Below are positions 12,250-24,400 of a stretch of DNA of 64,000 nt, piece after piece. How positions within the stretch are numbered: the first letter of the stretch is position 1; each line of letters opens with the position of its first letter. The stretch spans positions 195,796,001 to 195,860,000 of the forward strand of contig OZ360221.1 in assembly GCA_977017645.1 (NCBI GenBank), read 5' to 3'. Below the pieces are notes generated by a model. That model was not told where the DNA came from. It saw nothing but the letters and a program-made list of their open reading frames with translations, and made no database searches. Position numbers and translations under genes: made by a program. Source of the stretch: Torpedo marmorata. Taxonomy: Eukaryota.

Positions 12250-13190
12250 TTTAAAAAAATTTAAAAAATATTTTATTTAAAATTTTAAATCACAAAGTAC
12301 ATAAAATAAAATATAAAATTATCAAAATACATGTGATACATTTTTACCCCCCCCTCCCTCCCTCCCCTCCCTAACCTCCCACCCCCCTGACTCACACCGG
12401 CTCACCGACGAGGTGCAGTCGTGTCGCACAGTACACTGTACGGCCCAGCCGACAACCACGCCGAAAGCACGGGGAGCCCATACTAATCTACTAAAATAAA
12501 AAAGAGAAAGAAAGAAAAAGATAGAGTAAGGAGAATGTCAATCTAAAAAGAACATCTATAAACTGATTTTATTATGGAGGATAGGTTCGCCAGTCAGATC
12601 CGATGTCCAGAGATCTTCAAATCCTTAATCCAACAGCCTTCATATATGGGCTTCATATTTTCAAAAAGAAATGATATTTATTATGTAAATTATAAGTAAT
12701 TTTTTCAAGTGGTATACATGAACGAAGTTCTGCATGCCATCTTTCTAACCCTAAATCTACATCAGATTTCCATGTAATAGCGATGCATTTCTTAGAAACA
12801 GCTAAAGCAATTCGCAAAAATTCTATTTGATACATATTTAATTTCATCTTAATAAAGTATTGAGTATTACACTTCCATTGGACCCTATGATATTTTTGTT
12901 TGGAGATATTAAAAGAATTAGTTCTTTTAATATCTCCAAACAAAAATATCATAGTGTCCAATGGAAGTGTAATACTCAATACTTTATCTAAAAGGTTTTT
13001 AACTTTCAACCAAAAATCATATATCTTTGGACAAAACCATGTAGAATGTACAAAAGAACCTTCCTCTCTATTACATCTAAAACATAAACCTGATAATGTC
13101 GAATTAAATTTCTTTAATTTTTTAGGCGTTAAATATAATTGATGAAAAAAATTATATTGAACTAATCTATATCTAACGTTAATAATCTTT
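12250..13190 (-). mobile_element. L1-clade LINE 3' fragment with an internal fold-back duplication and a 93-bp insert
   Basis: ORF2 C-terminus (KKCIAITWK...WHAELRSCIPLEKITY) nearly identical to 19073-19588 and 62625-63140. Confidence 0.92.
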
Positions 13191-13559
13191 GAGAAAGTTC
13201 ACTGTTCCTCAGATTTGCCATCTATCCAAGGCTCTGCTCTGTGCTATATAAATACTTTTAACATGTTTCAGTCCAAGGACTTTGAGGTGTACATATAAAA
13301 TCAACTTTGTTTGCTACTCTGACGGTTAAAAGATGAGGTCCATTTCCCTGCTCCTGCAGGGTGATAAGAGATATTTTCTTTGGACTGCTACTCTTCCCCT
13401 TTGCACTTGAGTGCCAAATAGTCAGAATATAATTTATGCACCACTGTATCTGTTGTGAAACTATTTGTATTTCTGGGTTCAAGAAGTTAATTTCAAGCTG
13501 GCATTATCCCATTGTGGTCCAACTTCTCACTGGGCCTTGTGCCTGGAACTGGATTGGTA

Positions 13560-13716
13560 TTAATGGCTGTTGGTTTCAAGGCCTTCTGGCTGCAATAATT
13601 TTGGATGGCCATCAGTAATAACAACTATCTTGTCAGACAGACCTCGAGAAGGAATATCTTCTGTCATCTCAGTGGCCTCATGTTTGCACTCAACAGCTCC
13701 TCTGAGTCTGGGAGGA
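13560..13716 (-). CDS. Terminal coding exon of an unidentified minus-strand gene (PPRLRGAVECK...GLETNSH*)
   Basis: Strong acceptor ttccttttgtcattctttccacacag. Phase-2 entry matches the upstream exon; the other two frames close earlier. Unique sequence. Confidence 0.7.
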
Positions 13717-13758
13717 CTGTGTGGAAAGAATGACAAAAGGAAGCTAAGGAAAACTAAG

Positions 13759-14015
13759 GGCGACATGGTTTGCGTAGTGGTTAGCGCAACACTGTTAAAG
13801 CACCAGCGACCCAAGTTCAAATCCGGTGGTGTCTGTAAGGAGTTTGTACGTTCTCCCCATGTCTGCATGGGTTTCCTCCGGGCGCTCTGGTTTCCTCCCA
13901 CCGTTCAAATCGTACCGGGGGTTGTAGGTCAATTGGTTGTATTTGGGCAGCACGGGCTCGTTGGCCGGAAGGGCCTGTTACCATGCTGTATGTCTAAGCT
14001 TAAAATTTAAATTTA
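13759..14015 (+). mobile_element. tRNA-derived SINE (HE1/V-SINE-like)
   Basis: Same family as 9599-9832 and 43618-43862; (ttaaat)n tail. Confidence 0.9.
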
Positions 14016-14404
14016 AAACAAAATAGCTGTTCAGTATTTGTGAAGCAGTGAAAAAATTCTTCATTACTTCATTTCCCCATTCCTTTTTGAATGTTTTATG
14101 AGTCTATATATTTATAGTTAATTAAAAATATTAATGGGGCATGCATTTATCATGAACAAACTTTGATTCACACTGTTGCAGTTCTTAATCACACTTCTAA
14201 ATGTTAATGCAGGTTGGTTCGGTAGTAAAGAAGGCAAATGCAATGTCAGCATTCATTTCGAGAGGACTACAATATAAAAGCAAGATGTAATGCTTAGGCT
14301 TTGTAAGGCTTTGGTCAGACCACCTTTGGAGTATAGAGAGCAGTTTTGGGTCCAAAGAAAGAATGTGGTGGGTTTGGAGAGGGTTCAGAGGAGGTTTACA
14401 AGAA

Positions 14405-16839
14405 AGGGCTGGATGGGTTGGAGTTTGTGAAATGTGTGCAGGATAGTTTTTTACAACAATATGTAGAGGTACCGACCAGAGAAGGAGCAGTGTTAGATCT
14501 ACTGTTGGCAAATGAGATAGGTCAAGTGACGGAGGTTTGTGTTGGCGAGCACTTCGGGTCCAGTGATCATAATGCCATCAGCTTCAATGTCATTATGGAA
14601 AGAGATAAGTCAGGGCCAAGGGTTGAGGTTTTTGATTGGGGAAAAGCTAGATTTGAGGAGATGCGAAGGGACTTACAGGGTGTGCATTGGGACAATTTGT
14701 TTTATGGGCAGGATGTAGTAGAGAGATGGAAGTCTTTTAAAGATCAGATTTTGAGAGTGCAAAAGCTTTATGTTCCTGTTAGGTTAAAAGGAGGGGCAAA
14801 AGGTTTGAAAGAGCCGTGGTTTTCGAGGAATATTGGAAACTTGGTTCGAAAAAAAAGGGAGGCGTACATTAAGTATAAAAAGCATGGAAAGGAGATGTTT
14901 GAAAAATACATTGACTGTAAAAAGAATCTTAAGAGAGGAATTAGGAAAGCTAAAAGAAGGTATGAAGAGACTATAGCAATCAGGGTGAGAATTAATCCAA
15001 AAGGTTTTTACAAATACGTTAATGGTAAAAGGAAAGCGAGGGACAAAATTTGTCCCTTAGAGAATCAGAGCGGAAAACTGTGTGTGGAGCCTAGAGAAAT
15101 GGGGGAGATATTGAACAGTTTCTTTTCTTCGGTATTCACCAAGGAGAAGGTTATTGAGATATGCGAGATAAAAAAAGCAAATTGGGTAAATATGGAGAAT
15201 ATAGGGATTACAAAAGATGTAGTGTTAGGGCTTTTGAGGCATATAAAGGTAGATAAGTCTCCGGGACCCGACAGGATCTTCCCCAGGACCTTGAGAGAAG
15301 TAAGCAAAGGAATAGCAGAGGCTCTGACGGTGATTTTCCAAATGTCATTAGAGATGGGGATAGTGCCGGAGGATTGGCGTATTGCTCATGTGGTTCCGTT
15401 ATTTAAAAAGGGTTCAAGGAGGAAGCCTGGCAATTATCGGCCTGTAAGTTTGACGTCTGTGGTAGGTAAATTAATGGAGAAAGTTTTCAGAGATAGTACT
15501 TATAAATATCTGGATAGACAGGGTCTGATCAGGAACTCTCAACATGTATTTGTGAGCGGAAGGTCCTGTTTGACCAATCTGATTGAATTTTTTGAAGAGG
15601 TGACTAGGAATGTGGATGAGGGTAGCGCGGTGGATGTTGTCTATATGGACTTCAGTAAGGCCTTCGATAAGGTTCCGCATGGAAGGTTAGTTAGGAAGGT
15701 GCAGTCTTTAGGTATAAATTCTGAGATAGTCAAATGGATTGAACATTGGCTGGAAGGGAGAGGCCAGAGAGTGGTAGTGGATAATTGTCTGTCAGGTTGG
15801 AGGCCGGTGACCAGCGGTGTGCCTCAGGGATCTGTATTGGGCCCATTGTTGTTCGTTATATATATCAATGATCTAGATGATGGGGTGGTAAACTGGATTA
15901 GTAAATATGCAGATGATACTAAGATAGGTGGAATAGTGGATAATGAAGAAGGTTTTCAAGGATTGCAGAGGGATTTGGGCTGCTTAGAAAAGTGGGCTGA
16001 AAAATGGCAGATGGAGTTTAATGCTGATAAGTGTGAGGTGCTTCATTTTGGTAGGAAGAATCAGAACAGGACATATGTAGTAAATGGGAGAGCATTGATG
16101 AATAGAGAAGAGCAGAAAGATTTAGGAATAACGGTGCATCGTTCCCTGAAGGTGGAAGCTCATGTGAATAGGGTGGTGAAGAAGGCTTTTAGTATGCTGG
16201 CCTTTATCAATCATTGCATAGAATATAGGAGTTGGGAAGTGATGTTGAGATTATATAAGGCTTTGGTGCGGCCTAATTTAGAGTTCTGTGTGCAGTTCTG
16301 GTCGCCAAATTATAGGAAGGATATCAACAAGGTGGAGAGAGTGCAGAGAAGGTTTACCAGAATGTTACCTGGGTTTAAGAATCCAGAGTACAAGGAGAGA
16401 TTGAGCATATTAGGTCTTTATTCTTTGGAGCGTAGAAGGTTGAGAGGGGATTTGATAGAGGTATTTAAAATTATGAAAGGGACAGTCAGAGTGGATGTGG
16501 ATAGACTATTTCCATTAAGAATAGGAGAGATTGAAACAAGAGGGCATGAGCTAAGTGTTAAGGGGCAGAGGTTTAGAGGTAACATGAGGGGGAAATTCTT
16601 TACTCAGAGAGTGGTAGCGGTGTGGAATGAGCTTCCGGGAGAAGTAGTGGCGGCAGAGTCAATTTTATTATTTAAGAAAAAGTTGGACAAGTATATGGAT
16701 GAGAAGGAAGTGGAGGGTTATGGGCAGGGTGCAGGTAGGTGGGACTAGATAGGAATGTTTGGTTCGGTGCGGACTGGAAGGGCCTAATGGCCTGTTTCCG
16801 TGCTGTAATAGTTATATGGTTATATGTTATATGGTTATA
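14405..16839 (+). mobile_element. Young CR1 LINE, 5'-truncated, with ~780 open codons of ORF2 (APE C-terminus + RT)
   Basis: ORF 14346..16748 has SDHNAI, KSPGPD, YRPVSLTS, DFSKAFD, SGVPQGSVLGP, YADD. Tail (tatggtta)n. Confidence 0.96.
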
Positions 16840-17253
16840 TGATTTCGGGGATGAGAGAGTTAACGCATAAGGAGCGTTTGATGGCTTTGGGTTTGTACTC
16901 ACTGGAGTTTAGAAGTATGAGGAGGGATAACCACGTATAAGACCGAATTTGAACCTTAAAAACGTCACCCCAAAACCAGGGGCAGTCTTATATGCCAAGA
17001 ATAAAATCTGAACCTTAATATCTTCTGGTTTAGGGTATCCCCCATGGCGATGTAGCATCATCATGATGATGTTTATATCATCAAACACTCGCATAACTCC
17101 TACGGTCCTACCAATAAATATTTTTCCACTGAAACTTACGTTTGGGAAGCTGAATTAATAGTAATGTTATATTAAAACAATAAAAATATATTATAAACCT
17201 GTCTAACATACCTTAAAATAACAGCACAGCAAATGAAGCTATACTCGACACCA

Positions 17254-17390
17254 TGTCAAGTCAAGTCAAGTTTATTGTCATCTGATTGTACAAGTACAAC
17301 TCGATGAAACAGCATTCTCCGGTCCTCAGTGCAAAAACACACAGACACACAACCAGACATAACACACATACAGAGAAATAATACATATGT
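17254..17390 (-). mobile_element. Rex1 3' tail fragment
   Basis: Reverse complement of 6300-6438, with (tcaag)n tail. Confidence 0.85.
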
Positions 17391-17595
17391 TTGTTCCTGT
17401 AAAAGAACTGATGCCTAAGTGATGTCACTAGTGTTTACATTACACCAGCTGGGAACGTTTGATGCATATTATGGTAGGTAATTGACAGTACTTTGCCATT
17501 ACTTGAAATGAATTGACTAAGATTGTGTTGTTTAGTAGTGTGCTTAACAGCATCACTCCACTGGTCAGTGGGATGGTTGGTAAAGAACTATTGGG

Positions 17596-19836
17596 ATGCT
17601 GAAAAGGCTTTTGATAGACTAGAGTGGAATTATTTATTTAAAGTATTGGAAAAATTTGGTTTTGGAACTACATTTATTAATTGGATTAAAACTATAAAAA
17701 AGAACCTTCCGCCAGATTGGTGACAAATGGACAAATTTCTTCAAAATTTTTGTTGACTAGGTCAACTAGACAAGGATGTCCTTTGTCGCCAGCATTGTTT
17801 ATTTTAGCAATAGAACCTTTGGCAGAATTAATTAGACAAGATATCAAGATTGTAGGTATTAAAGTCGGAAGAGAAGAGCATAAAATTAGTTTATTTGCAG
17901 ATGATGTATTGATATATATGACAAAACCTATTACTTTTTTAATACAATTGAATGTTTTATTGAAAGAATACGGGGAGATATCTGGCTATAAGATTAATTC
18001 TGATAAAAGTGAAATTATGGCATTGACACAAGGGGATTATAGTAAATGTAAAGAAATTACACAATTTAAATGGTTAAAGGAAGGAATTAAATATTTGGGA
18101 ATAAAGACTGATACAAAATTAGTTAATTTATATAAATTAAATTATATACCATTATTTATGAAAATTAAAAAAGATTTGGAAAGTTGGAAGGATTTACCTA
18201 TAACTTTAATAGGAAGGGTAAATTGTAATAAAATAAATGTATTTCCAAGAATTCAATATCTTTTTCAATCAATTCCTTATGAAATTTCTCAGAAATTCTT
18301 TAAAGATTTAAATTTAATTATTAAGAAGTTTTTGTGGAAAGGAAAGTTGGCTAGAGTAGGTATGCAGAAATTAACTTGGAATTATGAATTGGGTGGTTTA
18401 CAACTTCCTAATTTTCAAAATTATTATAAAGCAGCTCAATTAAAATTTATTAATGAAATGATTGATTCAGGAAAATCTTCTGGTTGGATTAGAATATAAT
18501 TAAATAATATAGGAGAAGATTTGAAAGAAGAAGTTATTTATAAATGGAATTCTAAATTAGTACTAACAAGAGGGAAAAATTCTCCTATTTTTAAACATTT
18601 GTTAGAAATATGGAATAGAGAGGATAGGGAGATAGGAGGGAAAGGGTTAATTTCTCGAAGAATGCCTTTATATCAAAATAAACTTATTCCATTTACTGTT
18701 GATAATCAATTTTTTAAAATTTGGTTTCAAAAGGGAATTAAGAAAATAAATGATTGTTTTGAAGCTAGTAAATTTATTACTTTTCAGAGAATGAAAGAAA
18801 AGTTTAATGTATTAAATAATACACTTTTTGCTTATTATCAAATCAGAGCATTTTTAGTTGAAAGGTTGGGTTATAGTTTGACTTTACCAAGTCAAAGTGA
18901 ACTGGAATTATTAGTTATTAATGGAGGTGTAAATAAATTTATTTCTCAAATGTATAGATTATTACAGAGAAAAATGCCTAAAGTAGGAATTCACAAATCA
19001 AGATTATAATGGGAATCAGATTCGAATGTAACAATAGATGAAGAACATTGGAAAGAATTATGTAAATTAAATATGACAAAGATTATTAATGTCAGATATA
19101 CACTAGTGCAATATAATTTTTTTCATCAATTATATTTAACACCTAAAAAATTAAAGAAATTTAATCCGACATTATCTGGTTTATGTTTTAGATGTAATAA
19201 AGAGGAAGGTTCTTTTGTACATTCTACATGGCTTTGTCCAAAGATATATGATTTTTGGTTGAAAGTTAAAAAGTTTTTAGATAAAGTATTAAGAATTACA
19301 CTCCCAATGGATCCTATGATATTTTTATTTGGAGATATTAAAAGAATTAGTACCAAGATGAAATTAAATATGTATCAAATAGAATTTTTGCGAATTGCTT
19401 TAGCTGTTTCTAAGAAATGTATTGCTATTACATGGAAATCTGATGTAGATTTAGGGTTAGATAGATGGCATGCAGAACTTCGTTCAGCTATACCACTTGA
19501 AAAAATTACTTATAATTTACGTAATAAATATCATTTCTTTTTGAAAATATGGAGCCCATATATAAAAACTGTTGGTTTAAGGATTTGAAGATCTCTGGAT
19601 ATCAGATCTGACTGGTGAACCTATTCTCCACAATAAAATTAGTTTATAGTTGTTCTTTTTTTAGATTGACATTCTCTTTATTTTATCTTTTTCTTTCTTT
19701 CTTTTCTATTTTATTAGATTAGTAGGGGTGGGAGGGTTAGGGAGGGGAGAAAATGTATCACATGTATTTTGATAATTTTGCATTTTATACAGTGTATTGT
19801 GTGATTTAAAAATTTTAAATAAAATATAAAAAAAAA
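17596..19836 (+). mobile_element. L1-clade LINE, 5'-truncated, with 17-bp TSD
   Basis: DAEKAFD, TRQGCPLSP, FADD, CFRC...H..W.C. Poly(A) tail. TSD ggtaaagaactattggg at 17579-17595 and 19837-19853. Several stops and frameshifts. Confidence 0.95.
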
Positions 19837-20601
19837 GGTAAAGAACTATTGGGGCAGTAAGCTCTCAGCAGTAAGTGCTAGACTTGGAGTAGTCTTATAC
19901 AGCGAGTATAGCTCAAAAACTACATTTTAAGTGGAAATTCTGGGGGTCGTCTTATACACCTAGTTGCCTTATACGCCGACATATATGGTACCTAATTTCG
20001 AAAGGGCTGGGTAGAATGGACGTGGAGTGACATTTTCAGTAGTGGGAGTGTCTGGAGCAGAGGGCACAGCATCAGAAGAAAAGGATGTCACTTTAGAACA
20101 GAGATGAGAAGAAATTTCTTCAGCCCACGGCAGTGAATCTGTGGAACTCGTTGTGGAGGCTAAATCATTGGGTAGATTTAAAACGGAGATTGATAGATTA
20201 TTGATGAGTAAGGACATCAAAGGCTATGCGGAGAAGGCAGGAGGATGGGGTTGAGAAGAAAAATACATCAGCCCTAATTCAAATAGTGACCCTCCTATGT
20301 CTTATGTCCTTATGGTGTTCTATGTTAATAATTTGAATCGCAGACACCTATGTTAAATTTTTACAAAAAAAACTGACCTTGTGTAATTTAAGGTTCCAAC
20401 CACTGAAAGTAATGAGTTTCTGCACAAACTCTTCAATCAATTATTGTCAGTAACTTGCTTCGGTACATTTTCACATAACTGCCGTATGCATTTTTCAATC
20501 TTTCAATGTTTTATTTAACGGTTTAAAAAAATTAATATTTCAGGATGAGCAACTTCATGCCTTGTTCATTCACAATTCACCTAATTTTTATTGATTCATA
20601 C

Positions 20602-20690
20602 ACTGTAAAAGCCCTTTCCTGTGTCTGGACTCTTCCCACTGTTAAAAGTGTTGTCTTCCCTTCAGCTTCAGTGCACAGACCTGATTCTGG
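20602..20690 (-). CDS. Internal exon (89 nt) of the unidentified gene (PESGLCTEAEGKTTLLTVGRVQTQERAFTV)
   Basis: Acceptor ttttttttccag, donor gtatga. Phase 0 in and phase 2 out, joining the terminal exon in frame. Confidence 0.7.
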
Positions 20691-20753
20691 CTGGAAAAAA
20701 AACACCCTGTTCCTCATCTATGCTGTGAAACTGTGCTGTGAGAAAGGCAACTG

Positions 20754-20978
20754 TGTGGTGGAACGCGGTACTGCGGGCATGTCCGGGCATGTCCTCACTG
20801 GCTCACTGGGCTAACCTGTAGCCCCTCCCCATTACATCCCCTAATAAAGGCTGAGAGCCCTAGTCTCCCCCCCTTATACCTGCCTTGGACGTGAGCCAGC
20901 AGCATGCTCGAACTTTCTGATCAATAAAGCCTTTGATCACTTTCTTCGTGTCTGCGAGTGGTCATTGATCGCGCTACA
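20754..20978 (+). repeat. Gypsy 5' LTR
   Basis: tgtggtggaac...gatcgcgctaca, with AATAAA at 20923-20928. Confidence 0.95.
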
Positions 20979-21411
20979 ATTTATTGATCAGAATTTTAAA
21001 GTGCCATGGAGAAGGCAATTAGACTGGAGAAGCTGGAGATCGATCCAAAGGAACCAGAGGCCTCCGTAAAGTTCTATATGTGGCTACACTGTTTGAAGGC
21101 CTACCTGAGGCGCCACAATATCACAACCAACCCGGATAAGTACGATCTGCTCTTCGCAGCGGTGGGCCACAGAGCGTACTAAATTATCCGAGACTGCACC
21201 GAATATGAAGAGGCAATGGCTCTACTTCGACAACAATACGGAGCCCCAGTGAACGCCATGTACGCACGCTTCCAGCTGGGCTCACGACGCCAGGGTCCCG
21301 GTGAGTCGGTCGACGAGTTCGTGAGGGCCATGCGGGAGCTGGGACGAGCCTGCGGGTGCCGGGACGTGAGTGCGGCGCTCTACCAGGAGGAGCTCATCCG
21401 CGATGGGCTAG

Positions 21412-24400
21412 TCAGAATCAGAATCAGAATTTATTGTCATGAACAAGTCATGAAATTCGGTGTTTTGCGGCAGCATCATAGTGCAATTAACATTCATATT
21501 AACCATCTTACGACATTACTATAAAAAATTATAAACAATAGTGCATGAAAAGTAAGGCAGTGTCTTTGGTTCATTGATTATTCAGGAATCTGATGGCAGC
21601 GGGGAAGAAGCAGTCCTTGTGCCGTTGAGTGCTCGTCTTTAGGCTCCTGTACCTTTTTCCCGATGGAAGCAGAGTGAAGAGGGCATGGCCTGGATGGTGG
21701 GGGTCTTTGAGGATAGAGGCTGCTTTTTTAAGACACCGCCTCATGTAGATGTCCTCAATGGAGTGAAGCTTTGTGCCTGTGATGTCACAGGCCAAGTTAA
21801 CAACCCTCTGGAGTTTACTCTTGTCCTGGGAGTTGGCGTCTCCATACCAGGCAGTGATGCAACCAGCCAGAATGCTCTCCACGGTACACCTGTAGAAGTT
21901 TACGAGAGTCTTTGGTGACATACCAAATCTCCGCAGACACCTCACAAAGTATAGCCGCTGACGAGCCTTCTTTGTGATTGCATCAACGTGGATGCTCCAG
22001 GACAGATCCTTGGAGATGTTGACACCCAGGAATTTGAAGTTCTTGACCCTCTCCACTACTGAGCCCTCGATGAGGACTGGGTCGTGTTCCCCTGACTTCC
22101 TCCTGAAGTCCACAATCATCTCCTTGGTTTTGCTGACGTTGAGCTCAAGGTTGTTGCCATTACACCATTCAACGAGCTGATCTATCTCCCTCCTGCACGC
22201 TTCCTCATTGCCGATTGTGATTCTGCCGACAACTGTGGTGTCATCGGCAAACTTATAGATGGCATTGGAATTGTGCCTGGCCACACAGTCATGGGTGTAT
22301 AACGAGTAGAGCAGTGGACTAAGCACGCATCCTTGGGGTGCGCCTGTGTTGATAATCAGTGAGGAGGAGACGTTGTTTCCAATTTATACTGACTGTGGTC
22401 TTCCGATGAGAAAGTCAAGGATCCAGTTGCAGAGTGGGGTACAGAGGCCTAGAGTTTGTAGCTTCTTGACCAGCACTGAGGGAATAATGGTATTGAAGGC
22501 CGAGCTGTAGTCGATGAAGAGCAGCCGTATGTATGAATTGCTGTTTTCGAGGTGATCCAGAGCTGAGTGGAGAGCCAGCGATATTGCATCTGCTCTGGAG
22601 CGATTGTGACGATAGGCGAATTGCAGTGGGTCCAGATCTTTGCTTAGGTATGTGTTAATTCTGGCCATGACCAGCCTCTCAAAGTATTTCATCACAGTAG
22701 AAGTTAGTGCTACTGGGCAGTAGTCGTTGAGGCGTCCCACACTACTCTTCTTGGGTACCGGGATGTTTGATGCCCTTTTGAAGCAGGTGGGAACCTCTGA
22801 CTGCCGTAATGAGAGGTTGAAAATATCCGTGAACACTCCGGCTAGCTGGTTGGCGCAGATTTTCAGTACCCTGCCAGTTACGCCGTCAGGGCCTGACGCC
22901 TTGCGAGGGTTCACCCTCTTGTTTTTTTTTGTTTTTTTTTTGTTTTTTTAAATTATTTTATTTAAACTTTTAAATCACAAAATACATAAGATAAAATATA
23001 AAATTATCAAAATACATGTGATATATTTTCACACCCCCACCCCCCCACCCTCCCTCCCCTCCCCAACCCCCCCATCCCCACTAATCTAATAAAAAATAAA
23101 AATAAAAATTAATGTATAATAGAAAAAAGAAAGAAAAGAATAGAAAGAAAAGAATAGAATGAGGGGAATACCTTCTAAACTAATTCTATTATGGAGGTCA
23201 AGTGTGCCAGCAGATCTGATATCTAGAGATCTTCAAATCCTTAAACCCACAGCTCTCATATATGGACTCCAAATTTTCAAGAAAAAATGATATTTATTAC
23301 GTAAATTATAAGTAATTTTTTCCAGTGGTATACACGAACGGAGTTCTGCATGCCATCTTTCTAATCCTAAATCTAAGTCAGATTTCCAAGTAATAGCAAT
23401 GCATTTTTTTGAAACAGCTAAAGCAATTCGCAAAAATTCTACTTGAAACATATTTAATTTCTTTTTAATACTAAATTTTTTAATATCTCCAAATAAAAAT
23501 AACATAGGATCCATTGGAAATGCAATATTAAATACTTTATCTAAAAAATTTTTAACTTTCAACCAAAAATCTTGAATCTTTAGACAAAACCATGTAGAAT
23601 GAACAAAAGAACCTTCCTCTCTATTGCATCTAAAACATAAGCCTGATAATGTCGGATTAAATTTCTTAAATTTTTTAGGTGTTAAATATAATTGATAAAA
23701 AAAATTATATCGTACTAGTCTATATCTAACATTGATAATCTTCGTCATACTTAACTTACATAAATCTTTCCAATGATTTTCATCTATATTTACATTTAAA
23801 TCTAATTCCCATTTTAATCTTGATTTATGCAATCCTATTTTAGGCATTTTCTTCTGAAACAATTTATACATTTGAGAAATAAATTTAATAATATCTCCAT
23901 TAGTAACTAATAATTCTAATTCATTTTGTCTTGGTAAAATCAAAGCATAACCTAATTTCTCAGTCAAAAAAGCTTTAACTTGATAATAAGCTAAAAATGT
24001 ATTATCTGGTATATTAAATTTATCTTTCATTCTTTGAAACATAATAAATTTTCCAGCTTCAAAAAAATCATTAATCTTCTTAATACCTTTTTGAAACCAA
24101 ATTTTAAGTAACTGATTATTAACAGTAAATGATATAAGTCCATTTTGATATAATGGCATATTTGAAGAAATTAATCCTCTTCCACCTATCTCTTTATCCG
24201 TCTTACCCCATAGTTTTATTTGAATCAAAAAATTCATTAACAAATTTTAATTGAGCTTCTTTATAATAATTTTGAAAATTAGGAAGTTGCAATCCACCCA
24301 TCTCATAATTCCAGGTTAACATTTCCATACTTACTCTTGCTAACTTTCCTTTCCATAAAAATTTCCTAATAATTAAATTTAAATCTTTAAAAATTTTTTG

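Larger units (their letters stand above)
16931..19990. mobile_element. Non-autonomous Tc2/pogo-like DNA element carrying nested Rex1-tail and L1 insertions
   Basis: Right end ttatacgccgacatatatgg|ta with repeated gtcttatac subterminal motifs. Left part cgtataagaccg...gtcttatatgcc; the left TIR is eroded. Confidence 0.6.
14195..20330 (+). mobile_element. Old CR1 3' fragment split in three (14195-14404, 16840-16930, 19991-20330) by nested insertions
   Basis: gttcagaggaggtttacaagaa|tgatttcggggatga is continuous across the younger CR1. The RT C-terminus resumes at 19991. Confidence 0.75.
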
